From Octopus bimaculoides (Eukaryota), in contig NC_069008.1 in assembly GCF_001194135.2 (NCBI RefSeq), positions 14,964,261 to 15,016,388 on the forward strand: a DNA stretch of 52,128 nt. The letters run 5' to 3'. Positions 23,960 through 36,267 of this stretch are shown here, piece after piece (positions within the stretch are counted from its first letter, which is position 1; the number at the start of each line of letters is the position of its first letter). Made by a program: the position numbers and the translations under genes. The notes under the pieces were generated by a model, which was not told the DNA's origin, searched no databases, and saw only the letters and a program-made list of their open reading frames with translations.

Positions 23960-24540
23960 CCCTTTTCATTCTTCTGTAGAAGCCATGCCAAAGCTGACAA
24001 CAGAACGAAAGACAGTCATTAAGTGATGACAAAAAAGGAGAATTCAAGGACCGAGAGGTTGGTCAATGTTCTGTTACGTGAGGACCGAAGGCTTGAGGTT
24101 TCCTGGTTTGTGAGGCAGTGTACCTGAGAAGATTGTGATTTGGGAGAGACCTGGGTGCAGAAGACTGATGACATGCTTGCACTTACTGCTTCCAAAAAAA
24201 GAAACAAGGAAGTGCTATTATGAAAGGCCACTGAATGTGGAGAAGGAATAGTAGAAAGAATCTCCCTGATATGAACTGACAGGATCCAGTTATACTTGTT
24301 GACAGCACTATTTTAGATAAAGCAATGACTATAAAACCTGGGAGAATCACTTCTGCATCAGGGATTACTTCTGAAATACTTAAAATGTTTGGAGTAGGAT
24401 ATGCCATCATCACTATATACTTAATCAGTTTGTACAGGAAGGTATCAGGCTCAAAGTTTGGTGTAAAGCAGTTAACAGTGAGTACTGTGATGAATTTAGT
24501 ATGTAGGTTTAAGTTATTCAGATTTTGGTTATCACCAATC
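23960..24540 (+). mobile_element. Highly degraded RTE-clade LINE fragment downstream of ZNF-A
   Basis: KPGRITSASGITSEILK resembles the KAxGPxGIxxEMLK pre-RT motif. Similar position to RT relics downstream of ZNF-B and ZNF-C. Confidence 0.45.
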
Positions 24541-25029
24541 ACTCACTATTTATCATAGTCCTTCTCATACCCTTCCCTGAATGTCCATCACTCTGGGGAC
24601 AAATAAAATAATTAATTTTATTATCATTACAATTATTTCATTTTGCTATTTTTTTTTTCTTAAAGTGTATAAACAATTTTTGTTTCAGAAATAAATACAT
24701 GTTTGCATTTAAAGTGTATAATTTTTCTTTCTATTCGTTTTTTTTTTATTTTCTTTTTGCTAAATATAATTATAAACTACGGTTTAAACAATAAATTACC
24801 TGCCCCTGGATACCTTCTAACGAAGACAGTACCCACACAAGTAATTCCCAGGAGTGCCTCCGGATTTAAACATCCCCTGGTTGCTTGGATACTTCAGACT
24901 ACCCCTGAAAAATTGAAGCAATCTTATCATTTACCTATATATATATATATATACACACGCATAATATGTCACCTATTACCATCAGGCACTTGCTACTAGT
25001 GGCTTCTTGCAAAAAATAGCATTCACATC

Positions 25030-25225
25030 CAACACTAGGCTTAAGAACTGTCTATTCTTGAATCGATCCACCCTCATTCATACCGATAAATGGTCCAGCT
25101 ATAGAAATTTACAGCAACTTGTCTATATTCACTTAACGGTAAACCATTTACAGAACTTCGTTGACCCTGAAACCGGCGCTTGCACAAACCACATTGAGGC
25201 CTATTGGTCCCGACGGTTGAAGTAT
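25030..25225 (+). mobile_element. Merlin (IS1595/ISXO2-like DDE) transposase relic
   Basis: TLIHTDKWSSYRNL...HLTVNHLQNFVDPETGACTNHIEAYWSR matches the Merlin/ISXO2 catalytic region. Confidence 0.8.
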
Positions 25226-26769
25226 GTCACTGGATCATCGGGTTGGCGAATATATGTATGGATTTGTGGCGAAGAAAAATTTCCAGAATTTCTATACATT
25301 TCTCGGATCTATTTTAAAACGGGGGCACCAGTTTTCATTTATGTTTTATGTAGTGTTTTTGGTACTGAAAGACTTTCAAACTTCGTATACTTATCTATTT
25401 TGTGTTATAGAACAGAAAAAAAATTTTTGTATTTGAATTTATTTCATGTAAAAAATTGTCTTATTTCGATAATTTCTACTAATCACTGACGTCTATTCAG
25501 TTGAAAACAGTTAGCGCTGTAACGGTGTATATCGTATTNNNNNNNNNNNNNNNNNNNNNNNNNNNNNNNNNNNNNNNNNNNNNNNNNNNNNNNNNNNNNN
25601 NNNNNNNNNNNNNNNNNNNNNNNNNNNNNNNNNNNNNNNNNNNNNNNNNNNNNNNNNNNNNNNNNNNNNNNNNNNNNNNNNNNNNNNNNNNNNNNNNNNN
25701 NNNNNNNNNNNNNNNNNNNNNNNNNNNNNNNNNNNNNNNNNNNNNNNNNNNNNNNNNNNNNNNNNNNNNNNNNNNNNNNNNNNNNNNNNNNNNNNNNNNN
25801 NNNNNNNNNNNNNNNNNNNNNNNNNNNNNNNNNNNNNNNNNNNNNNNNNNNNNNNNNNNNNNNNNNNNNNNNNNNNNNNNNNNNNNNNNNNNNNNNNNNN
25901 NNNNNNNNNNNNNNNNNNNNNNNNNNNNNNNNNNNNNNNNNNNNNNNNNNNNNNNNNNNNNNNNNNNNNNNNNNNNNNNNNNNNNNNNNNNNNNNNNNNN
26001 NNNNNNNNNNNNNNNNNNNNNNNNNNNNNNNNNNNNNNNNNNNNNNNNNNNNNNNNNNNNNNNNNNNNNNNNNNNNNNNNNNNNNNNNNNNNNNNNNNNN
26101 NNNNNNNNNNNNNNNNNNNNNNNNNNNNNNNNNNNNNNNNNNNNNNNNNNNNNNNNNNNNNNNNNNNNNNNNNNNNNNNNNNNNNNNNNNNNNNNNNNNN
26201 NNNNNNNNNNNNNNNNNNNNNNNNNNNNNNNNNNNNNNNNNNNNNNNNNNNNNNNNNNNNNNNNNNNNNNNNNNNNNNNNNNNNNNNNNNNNNNNNNNNN
26301 NNNNNNNNNNNNNNNNNNNNNNNNNNNNNNNNNNNNNNNNNNNNNNNNNNNNNNNNNNNNNNNNNNNNNNNNNNNNNNNNNNNNNNNNNNNNNNNNNNNN
26401 NNNNNNNNNNNNNNNNNNNNATTTTTGAAGCTGCGATTTTGAAAATTTTTTTCAGAATCGGAATCTAGATCCGGATCCCGGTAGGCTCACGGGTGTTACT
26501 TAAATACAGAGATCCCCTAAGGGTTTGGGTTAGTTTTTAGGGACCTCTGTATTTAAGTAGTGCAAACGGAACGTCTACCTACAAAATTAAGATTACATTA
26601 AAGAAGTGATTTTAAATTCTCAATCGCAGAATAATGCTAATAATATAGCCTGAACAGGATAAACTACCCCTATTTTGCAGAGAAAAGTGTAGGTGAACTT
26701 TCTAAGGACATCTCAACGCTTCTAAAAGCAAACTTCGTTTGTTTATTTACGTATTTACGTTTGTCGTAA

Positions 26770-27000
26770 TTTGAATTTAAGATTAAATATTTTCAATGTT
26801 TAATACTCACAGAAATGTTTCGTAAAGGAAAAAATTATTACAAAGTGTGTGTATATGTATTAAACGTACTTTGAGTGTGTGTGTGTGTGTGTATGAAGTT
26901 CAGAAACAATCCAGGGTTTGTAGAAGTTAATCCATTATCGTTTAAAAATTCTAACGTGAAGGTAATTACGGAAGTACAATTATTGCGCATGCGTATCGTT
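26770..27000 (-). promoter_or_regulatory. Inverted paralogue of the ZNF promoter/first exon, ~115 bp upstream of the MULE gene ATG (candidate bidirectional promoter)
   Basis: Reverse complement reads CGCATGCGCAATAATTGTACTTCCGTAATTACCTTCACGTTA versus ZNF-A CGCATGCGCATTAATTGTACTTCCGTAATTACCTTCACATTA. Similarity continues through AAAGTACGTTTAATA and the donor GTGAGTATTAAAC (26810). Confidence 0.75.
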
Positions 27001-27109
27001 TGTATATATAACATACGGGAAGCGAATATTTTTTTTTCCCACGAGAGTTCCGGACCTCAGTAAAGTATTCGTTTGCAAACAACCAAGTTAACATATGCTA
27101 GCATTCGTA

Positions 27110-30100
27110 ATGGCAACCTCCGATGGCCATGCGAATCTTGTATTGTGCTCTCATTCAGATGCCAATATCATCGATACTGAACACACACGCTGGTTAGCGG
27201 TAAGTTTGAATTACTACAGCAATCAAAGATAATGTTTTTGGCGAATACGAAAGTACGGAAACTGCTTGAAGTTTTTATAAATACACATTGATTCATTGAG
27301 GTAGTTTTAAATCTCTGAGCGAAGTGTTAGCTAATAAACTTTAAAAGATTTATCCAAAAAATCTTATTTAGCTGTTATTTTTGGCACACCTCACAACCAC
27401 CTCAATGAACAATGAAAAAAAAAAGAAACAAACAATTTAAATATGCTTAAAAAACAAACATTTAACTTTCAGTTACTCTGTCNNNNNNNNNNNNNNNNNN
27501 NNNNNNNNNNNNNNNNNNNNNNNNNNNNNNNNNNNNNNNNNNNNNNNNNNNNNNNNNNNNNNNNNNNNNNNNNNNNNNNNNNNNNNNNNNNNNNNNNNNN
27601 NNNTTATTCTTTGTAAGCCTAGTACTTATTCTATTGGTCTCTTTGCCGAACTGCTCAGTTACGGGGACATAAACACACCAGCATCGGTTGTCAAACAATG
27701 GCGGGGGGACAAACACAGACACACACACATATATACATATATATATATATATACGACGGGTTTCTTTCAGTTTCCGTCTACCAAATCCACTCACAAGGCT
27801 TTGGTCGGCCCGAGGCTATAATAGAAGACAACTTGCCCAAGGTGCCACGCAATGAGACTGAACCCGACACAGTCACACCTGTGCCTAGTATATATTTTTT
27901 TTTTCGCTTTACTTATATATTTTTCTTATTTCTTTCATTGCAGGAGTTCCTACCTGAGAACTATAAACATCACATTTGTAACATAGAAATTGTCGAGAAA
28001 GAAGTAAAAGTAACAATGAGGTTGGCTGTTTCGACCAGAGAAGGGGCTAAAGAATGGTTGGAGTCCATGCAGAAGTCATCCCTGTCAACTTTCCGAGTGG
28101 AAAGAACTTATCCTTCCTCTGGTGAAAAGGTTTTGTTCAAGGTGTGTATCACACATTCGACAGGTTTGATGAGATTAAAGAAAAGATAGATACATATACA
28201 ACTAAACAATTTTGTTACTTTTGTATATGCCCCTAAAGCCCAGTTCACACTTAACTGGATTGTCCTGCGGATACTTATGGATGCAACTTTTATGGATATC
28301 CATATTCTTCCACAACGCTACGGCGGGGTAATTGATATAAATAGGAGTCATTTATGAATGTTATAAGCATCTTTCCACCAAGAATAGGGAAAATTCTAAG
28401 GAAACTTACAAACAATATGTGAAAGTCTGACTGGAAAATTCCGACGAATGCTATTTAAAGACTTCTTCAGGCAATTCACGGACTCTTTCTGATTCTTTAT
28501 TTAATTTATGGAATGTGGTGTCATCACATGACCAAGCACTTCAAAAGGTGTGTACTTGGTTGTATATACTCATGCATAATCAAGGAATTGCTCCTGGCTG
28601 GTCCCCACGATGTTCTATGACATTTGTATTTATCTCTAAATGTCCGTAAACAATTCAAATTTCGCTTTCAGCAGAATTTCTTTCTACATTCATGTAGTTT
28701 TAATGTTTTATGTCCAGTTAGTGATTGCTAGCTACATGTTCATTTCACCTAAGAAGTACTTTTGAAGAAATGAATTTGTCCTTGTATGTTCTAATTGTGA
28801 ATTCTTTCAGCCCTGATCCAATTTCAAAATACTGAAGTTTGCACATGCAAGTTTTACTTTCTCACCACTCTCACTTCAGACTGAATTTCGCTGTCAACAT
28901 AACACAAAACCAAGAACCGCAACAGCTGATCAACGCAAGGGCTCAAAGAACACCAATTGTCCAGCAGGCTTGAGCATTGTTGGGAAAGTCAGCACCTTTG
29001 AAAAGTCAGATGGCAAAAAGAGGAAATGCAGGTAATTGAATTTTGCATCCATTTTCACCCAGATACAACCGTTCTGATTGTTCGTAAATTTTTGTACAGG
29101 TTCTGTTAGTTCTCTGTATCCGAATCTCAACTTTCTTTTGATAGGGTGTCGCACTTATCACCTCTATGGAAAAAGGGTGTGAAAAAATGATGAAATCTAT
29201 ACCTGTTTTTTTTGTTTTTTTGTACAATTATATTAGTTAAGACCAAGCATTGCAACAGAAATTGAATGCAGTGCATTCAGTTCATCATATAAAACGGCAG
29301 CCTATGACATACATGTTTGTTCTGTTTTTTTTTTTAGGTCTTCAGATCCTCATATGCCTGATCATCCAATGATTGTGAAATTCAAGTGCACGCATAACCA
29401 CCCTCTTAGGGCTGAAGATGCTTTGAAGCATAGGGATGTGAGTGAAGAGGTTAAGGTAAAGTTCCTGGAATTGTTCAATAGGGGTTATACTCCTTCAAAA
29501 GCACTGGAACTGCACAAGTATGATCTTCAACTCCAGCACAGTGACAACTACATTTTCATCAGTGCCGATAGATCCATCACTCCTGATTTACAGTACTGTT
29601 ACAGGTTAGTAGATTACATATTGAAGGGGGCTGTTTAATGCAAAATCATGTGTTCAGTATGGTTAATCTATGCATTTCGACACTGTATCTTACATATTTT
29701 GACAAGTACTCCTGTACATCGCAGGCAATAAGTTGATTTTTCAGGGATCACAATGGCAGCCATGATTTGAAAATGAGCAGCCCTTTTCCTTGTGAGAGTG
29801 TAGATATTCATAGATGAACTTTGGTATACAGTATAAGTAGTTGGTGATTACTTATTGGCAAGACACATGGGTTCAGGTTTGTCAGTTTGGAAACCAGAGT
29901 TCTCTGCAGAAAATATTTTACACTTGGTGGAAATGCCAAAGAATGAACAGTTTGAATAACTTGAAAAAAATTACACTTGGTATTTAAAAAAGTTACACTT
30001 GATTGTAAAATTGCAACCCCATAGACTTTGACTTTGCACACAAAACTGAAAACTTATGCTTGGTGGAAAAAAAAATTTCCCTTGGTGCTGCAGCTGCTTT

Positions 30101-33081
30101 TCAGAGTGTCGTAATGGTGGCAGTGTCGTAATGACTCAACTCAACTTGGGCCTCCTTCTACAACTCAACTTGAGCTTGAACTACTTTAGACTCAACTTGA
30201 CTTGGGACTCGACTCAACTTGTGACTCGACTACTAGCTCAACTTGACCATGACTAGGACTCAACACAGTTGTTGACTTGATTCGATTCAACTTGATTATT
30301 TAAGCATACCTAAAATCCACAAACTGTGTACTACTACAGTAGAACTAGTCAGGCATAGAATGGTGTATGCCACTCTGTGAATACAGCATAGCAGGTCTCA
30401 CATAAGCACCACCCCCCATCCTCATAGATCAATTGAGCACCATCTCCATATGGAGCTAGCATTAGGTACCTATGCCCAGACTGAGATTAGTGATACTGCA
30501 TGTACCCATTGATATATGCAAGGAGGGCGCTATACGACACAACGCCATATTGATTACGATGTTTCCAGATCAACACCAACATTTTAAATTAGGAATGTAC
30601 AAAATCAGTCAAAAAAATTAGGAAGTTCAGAGTAATTTCTTTCTACACAATATATTTTGTCTATGGGGGTTAAAAATGTGTAACTCTCAAAAAAATTGAG
30701 AAAATGTGAAATTATATGTACAACATGACTAGGGAGCTCACTCATCATGTCATCAGTGCTGCCAATTTGCATAATTTACTAAAAAATGTAAACAAGTCTA
30801 ATTACCTTATTTTATTTTTGTCCAATTTTGCTGATTTCTCTTTTGAAATATAAAAAAAAAATTATTTGTTTAGATTAGAACAGTAAAATTTTATGCGTTT
30901 AATTTCCTTTTAAGTACACTTTTAATTCGGACTAACATAAAAACACCTTTCAATATGTACATTTGTATGGTACGTTGGTGTCGATTTTTCCAATGAAAAT
31001 AGAGTGTTCATAAATAACAGACAACTTTGTTTTCACCCATAAATCAACTGCTTTAGTATGGCAATTTTATAGGAGTTTCGCAAGAGATAGCACAAATGCA
31101 TACTAACACACACACACACACACAAATACACACATGGTAAATGACATTCACAGAGAAATTTGGTGGTAGCACTGAGTGTATTATACACTGGAGAAAACAC
31201 TGGTGGAAACCTCGCTTTGTGTGTGGTGTGCAATTTACTCTTGCAAATGTATTTCTAGTTCATAGTAATGTAATACTAATTTGTTAATGTACTATACTAG
31301 TTTGCTAAAATGGGGAGATGGCGAAGCAAAAGTCCTCGTTTGTGACCCTTTGTGAAATGTGTTCCTACATTCTCTATTTGTGGTGCTGATATTACTTCAT
31401 TCCCTTTCTCTTCAGGTTATACTACCAGACATTCAAGAAAGAGTATGGTGAAGCCAAGGGAGAGTTTATCCTCGAGGAATTGAAGAGGAAGATCGAGGAA
31501 GGGTCATTCGGTGATGACATCAAATTGTCACTTGTTGGACCAGAGGGAAAACAAGCTGCCATTGCCATTGTAACGCCGCTGATGAGACGTGTGCATAAAC
31601 TGATCAAACATTCTGGTGAACTAGTATTCATTGATGCCTCTGGAAACATGAACAGACAAGGGTGTCGAGTGTTTTTGCTCTTGACGCACAGTTGTGCTGG
31701 AGGACTACCACTTGGAGTGCTGATTACAACAAGTGAGAGCACAGAAACAATTACGGAGGCTCTGAAGTTGTATAATTCTCTGTTGGATAATAGTGCATAT
31801 TTTGGGCGAGGCTGGAAATCTGGGCCCGAAATCTTCTTGACAGATGACAGTCCATCGGAAAGTCAATCACTCCATGCTGTCTACCCTGATGCCACACTTC
31901 TTCATTGTGTGTTTCACATTCTTCAGGCATTTTGGCGCTTCCTCTTGGAAGCTAAGAATGCAGTTAGGAAGGAAGATAGGCCACATCTGTTCTCCTTGTT
32001 GAAGGACATGATTTACTGTGACACCATCGAGGCGCTGAAGGCAAAACATGGTGAAATCATGAATGATGAAACATTGAAGAGGTATGCGTGTGTACAAAAG
32101 CACTTGGAAGACATCTATGCCAAAAAGACATCGTGGGCAGTGTGTTATCGAGTTGGCCTGAATGTTCGTAACAACACAAACAACTACGCAGAGACAGCCA
32201 TGCGGATAATGAAGGATCAGATCCTTGAAAGGACCAGGGCCTATAATATGATCCAGCTGGTTGATTTCATCGTCACAAGAATGGAGACATATTATGAAAG
32301 ACGGCTAATCGATGTCTGCAACAACAGACTAGACAAGTTGCTCCAGTCTCGATTTCTTCCTGATATCGTGGCTGGATCTAAAATTGATCCAAACGAAATT
32401 GTTGGGATTGCCAACAGTAAGAACTTGTTCATGGTTCCAAGTGAGACAGATGATCCAACAACCTACATGGTGGATATTGCTCTTGGTGTGTGCCAATGCA
32501 GGAAAGGAATAACTGGTGGACCATGCAAGCATCAATACCTGGTTTTCAAGAAGCTGAACATCCTGTCATGCTGGAACTTCATTCCTGTAAATGATCCGTC
32601 AATGAGGGAGTTGTTGTATGAAGTGGCGACAGGCTGTTCGAATGTTCCAAAACAATGGTTTCTGTCCCCGAACTGCCAGAATGAACCAGATCAAGTGGAC
32701 ACAAACAGTATAACGATGGAGTCCATGAATAACATAAAAGCTGAACCTCATTGTGCTGACAGTGACGACAACTGCATGGAGTCAAACAATCAGAAAAATG
32801 AAAACGATGGAGCTGACTGCAAGGATATGGAGATTTCAGATGGTTGCACATCAAAACCAAGCACTGAAGATGGAAGTGACCCAATAATCAATGAGCTAAA
32901 CAAAGCTTTTCTTGCTTTACAAGAAAGTTATGCTCAAGACAAAGAATTCTTTGGGGGACCAGTACAAAAATTCACCAAGCAACTTCTAGAACTAACTTCT
33001 GGAACAGATATTGCATTAGCTTCCGCGCTTCACTGGTTTGGTTGGCACTCTGATGTGGCAAGAAAAAATGAAAATATCTAG
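27110..33081 (+). CDS. Spliced Mutator/MULE-family transposase or transposase-derived gene, 790 aa. Coding exons: 27110-27199, 27944-28141, 28880-29031, 29338-29604, 31416-33081
   Basis: Four GT-AG introns with compatible phases 0/0/2/2. Total 2373 nt, no internal stop. Motifs: RCQH...NCPA...HNH (WRKY/GCM1/FAR1-like Zn DNA-binding domain), VFIDASG, FLTDDS, CVFH, TNNYAE (MULE DDE core), CQC-x7-CKH (SWIM finger). Confidence 0.9.
27604..27862 (-). mobile_element. SINE family A in intron 1 of the MULE gene
   Basis: Matches both halves of family A across the internal microsatellite. Confidence 0.8.
30121..30300. repeat. Cluster of GACTC/AACTTG subrepeats (hAT-like non-autonomous element relic) in MULE intron 4
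   Basis: Repeated GACTCAACTTG / GACTCGAC motifs following CAGTGTC. Confidence 0.45.
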
Positions 33082-33214
33082 TCAATATGAAGACAATTGG
33101 TGTGCATCCAGGAGAAAGATGGTTGGTGGTAGAGAAACCGGTGACCATTGAAGAATTGTTTGAAAAGTGTGAAAGGAAAGGTGCCATTCAGCTCTCAGAT
33201 TATGCCTAGATGCA

Positions 33215-33540
33215 AAGCTCAACATAACACTCACGAATATGTTAAACACAACCAATCTCTTGGCAAAACACACTCTACCAAATAAATAATTATCATCATA
33301 ATGATGATTAATCATCACCATCATAACAGTCATCAAATTAATGTCATTGTCATCATCATCATCGCTACTATCATAAATGTCATCATCACCATCATCACCA
33401 CCAACATCACTGTCATCGCCATCATCATTACAATTACAATTCATCATCACCACCATGACAATCATCAACATCATCATTGTCATCTTGAATCATCATCATC
33501 ATCACTGCTACCATCACCAACATCATAACCATCATCGAAA
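33215..33540 (+). repeat. Imperfect (CAT)n low-complexity tract
   Basis: Visible ATC/ATC-like trinucleotide run. Confidence 0.85.
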
Positions 33541-34334
33541 GAGAAAATAAGCATGGTTATTCCTTACCCAAGTGACCATGTATAATAAATTACAATATTG
33601 CGAAATTTCGTTGTTCATAATGATAAAAACAATTATAATACAATAAAATGGGGGGAAAAAATCAACAGTACGCCTCAGTCTGTTAATATTATGGGGAAAA
33701 AAATTAATTTTATTCCCAAACCTTTTGGAAACAACATTAGCATCATCTAGCTGTGACTGTCAATAATAGACTAGCGTCATAGAATTAAATACAATAATCA
33801 ATAATATTAATATGACAACTTGTTTTTGTACATCCATACTTGTGGCGTGTGTGATACTTGCTTTAAAGGAAGAAGTGAGTGGCAAAGCGGGAGAGGAGGA
33901 CAGAGAGAAAAAGAGAGACATTAAGTGATGATGGAATTCATTTTGTGTTTTTTAAATGTTTATCAGATCGCAAGAAAAGTTGATACAAAGATTGAAAGGA
34001 AAGTTGATACAAAGATACACACGTTATTAAATTAAAAACTGGAAAGAGGAGGAACACCGAGGAAGTGAGAGAGACAATAGATGCATAGATTGAAAGAAAA
34101 GTTGATTCATAGAGACATAGACACGTTTGTTAATAACTACAGCAAATATTGGATGTCACTTTCCTCTCTGGCCAACCTCTCATCAACTTTTTCAAGTATT
34201 ACTTGATGAGGGAGGTGAGAATAGAGAGGAAAGTTCAACAAATGGTAGGTGAATGTGGCAGGGATGGTACGAAGGAATGACGGAATCACCTTGAGCATGA
34301 TCCTATAGAACAAAGAGAAAAAGTGTTTTGCTCT

Positions 34335-34484
34335 CATACTCTTTTACTCTTTTACTTGTTTCAGTCATTTGACTGCGGCCATGCTGGAGCACCGCCTTTA
34401 GTCGAGAAAATCGACCCCAGGACTTATTCTTTGTAAGCCTAGTACTTATTCTATCGGTCTCTTTTTGCCGAACCGCTAAGTTAC
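34335..34484 (-). mobile_element. SINE family A, 3' end
   Basis: TTTCAGTCATTTGACTGCGGCCATGCTGGAGCACCGCC is the reverse complement of 18500-18540. Confidence 0.8.
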
Positions 34485-35579
34485 TGTTTGGTGATGGCAG
34501 GATATTAATGTTAATGTTTTTTTGTTTTTTTTGTTTCCGAAGTTACCGTGGTTCTTTTCGTAGGTTTTTCTTTCCACGGATAAACCTAGTCAACGTTATA
34601 TCTACTCTCCCTTTTGGGAAATCTAATTGTTAAAAACTTTNNNNNNNNNNNNNNNNNNNNNNNNNNNNNNNNNNNNNNNNNNNNNNNNNNNNNNNNNNNN
34701 NNNNNNNNNNNNNNNNNNNNNNNNNNNNNNNNNNNNNNNNNNNNNNNNNNNNNNNNNNNNNNNNNNNNNNNNNNNNNNNNNNNNNNNNNNNNNNNNNNNN
34801 NNNNNNNNNNNNNNNNNNNNNNNNNNNNNNNNNNNNNNNNNNNNNNNNNNNNNNNNNNNNNNNNNNNNNNNNNNNNNNNNNNNNNNNNNNNNNNNNNNNN
34901 NNNNNNNNNNNNNNNNNNNNNNNNNNNNNNNNNNNNNNNNNNNNNNNNNNNNNNNNNNNNNNNNNNNNNNNNNNNNNNNNNNNNNNNNNNNNNNNNNNNN
35001 NNNNNNNNNNNNNNNNNNNNNNNNNNNNNNNNNNNNNNNNNNNNNNNNNNNNNNNNNNNNNNNNNNNNNNNNNNNNNNNNNNNNNNNNNNNNNNNNNNNN
35101 NNNNNNNNNNNNNNNNNNNNNNNNNNNNNNNNNNNNNNNNNNNNNNNNNNNNNNNNNNNNNNNNNNNNNNNNNNNNNNNNNNNNNNNNNNNNNNNNNNNN
35201 NNNNNNNNNNNNNNNNNNNNNNNNNNNNNNNNNNNNNNNNNNNNNNNNNNNNNNNNNNNNNNNNNNNNNNNNNNNNNNNNNNNNNNNNNNNNNNNNNNNN
35301 NNNNNNNNNNNNNNNNNNNNNNNNNNNNNNNNNNNNNNNNNNNNNNNNNNNNNNNNNNNNNNNNNNNNNNNNNNNNNNNNNNNNNNNNNNNNNNNNNNNN
35401 NNNNNNNNNNNNNNNNNNNNNNNNNNNNNNNNNNNNNNNNNNNNNNNNNNNNNNNNNNNNNNNNNNNNNNNNNNNNNNNNNNNNNNNNNNNNNNNNNNNN
35501 NNNNNNNNNNNNNNNNNNNNNNNNNNNNNNNNNNNNNNNNNNNNNNNNNNNNNNNNNNNNNNNAAACGCATTCTATTTT

Positions 35580-35762
35580 ATAGCGGATTAGTGGAGATGA
35601 GGTACGACGACGATCTCGGGGTGAACCTAGGCGTCGACGAGGAATACCTGACCCGCCTGTTCAAGACGACTTTCGGGCCGGGGCCTATAGACAACTTCCA
35701 GAGATCCCTGGCCTGGCAGTGCTACCGAGAAGCGCTACCCGTTTGGGATAAGCTGTACTGAA
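35580..35762 (+). mobile_element. Tx1/L1-type LINE fragment (zf-RVT region)
   Basis: GC-rich island translating to FGPGPIDNFQRSLAWQCYREALPVWDKLY. Confidence 0.55.
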
Positions 35763-35937
35763 ATAGCAGATGTAAGTCTGGGTACTTTTTTTTTTTTATC
35801 TGGTCTTTAAAACTGTCAGATAAGCTATGGAGGAACAAGCCACTTACCCAGAAAGCATAAATACATAGAAATACCTTTAATTGCAATAGAATGCTAGCTA
35901 AAGGGAGATAACAAGCCTTAGTATCAGATATGAAAAA

Positions 35938-36088
35938 TGCGCATGCGCAATACACGTACCTCTGTCTCTTGACATCGGATTAAAAATGTCCGTTGTATGA
36001 ATTTCTCTTCATCGTCTTTTTATACGTTTCTCAACCAACACTCAAGCTCTTTATAGTAACGCTGTCCATATCACGCATTCACGTAAGT
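35938..36088 (+). promoter_or_regulatory. ZNF-B promoter/first exon: perfect NRF1-type palindrome TGCGCATGCGCA (35938-35949), donor GTAAGT at 36083
   Basis: Homologous position and donor context to the other three units. Confidence 0.68.
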
Positions 36089-36267
36089 ATTAAACAACGA
36101 AAACACTTAATCTTTTATCTTAAATATTGTAGACGTTCAGTTTTTGGCGTATTGATTCTCTGTCTTTTATGGGTGATAGATGTCTATTATTTGTGCGAGA
36201 GTTGGCTGCTATTTCTAGCTGTGGATGAGGGCTGTCTATGATTTGTGCGTGAATTGGTTGCTATTTC

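Noticed and set aside
26521-26545. Interstitial telomere
   Set aside because: Only 2-3 degenerate TTAGGG-like units inside a hairpin element.
33082-33528. His/Asp/Ile-rich ORFs downstream of the MULE gene
   Set aside because: Translations of an imperfect (CAT)n tract. No splice or domain evidence.
26770-36090. Inverted promoter copies at 26.8-27.0 kb and 35.9-36.1 kb as TIRs of a large MULE
   Set aside because: The left copy is much closer to the ZNF-A promoter than to the ZNF-B one, no TSD is seen, and both are better explained as ZNF promoter paralogues.
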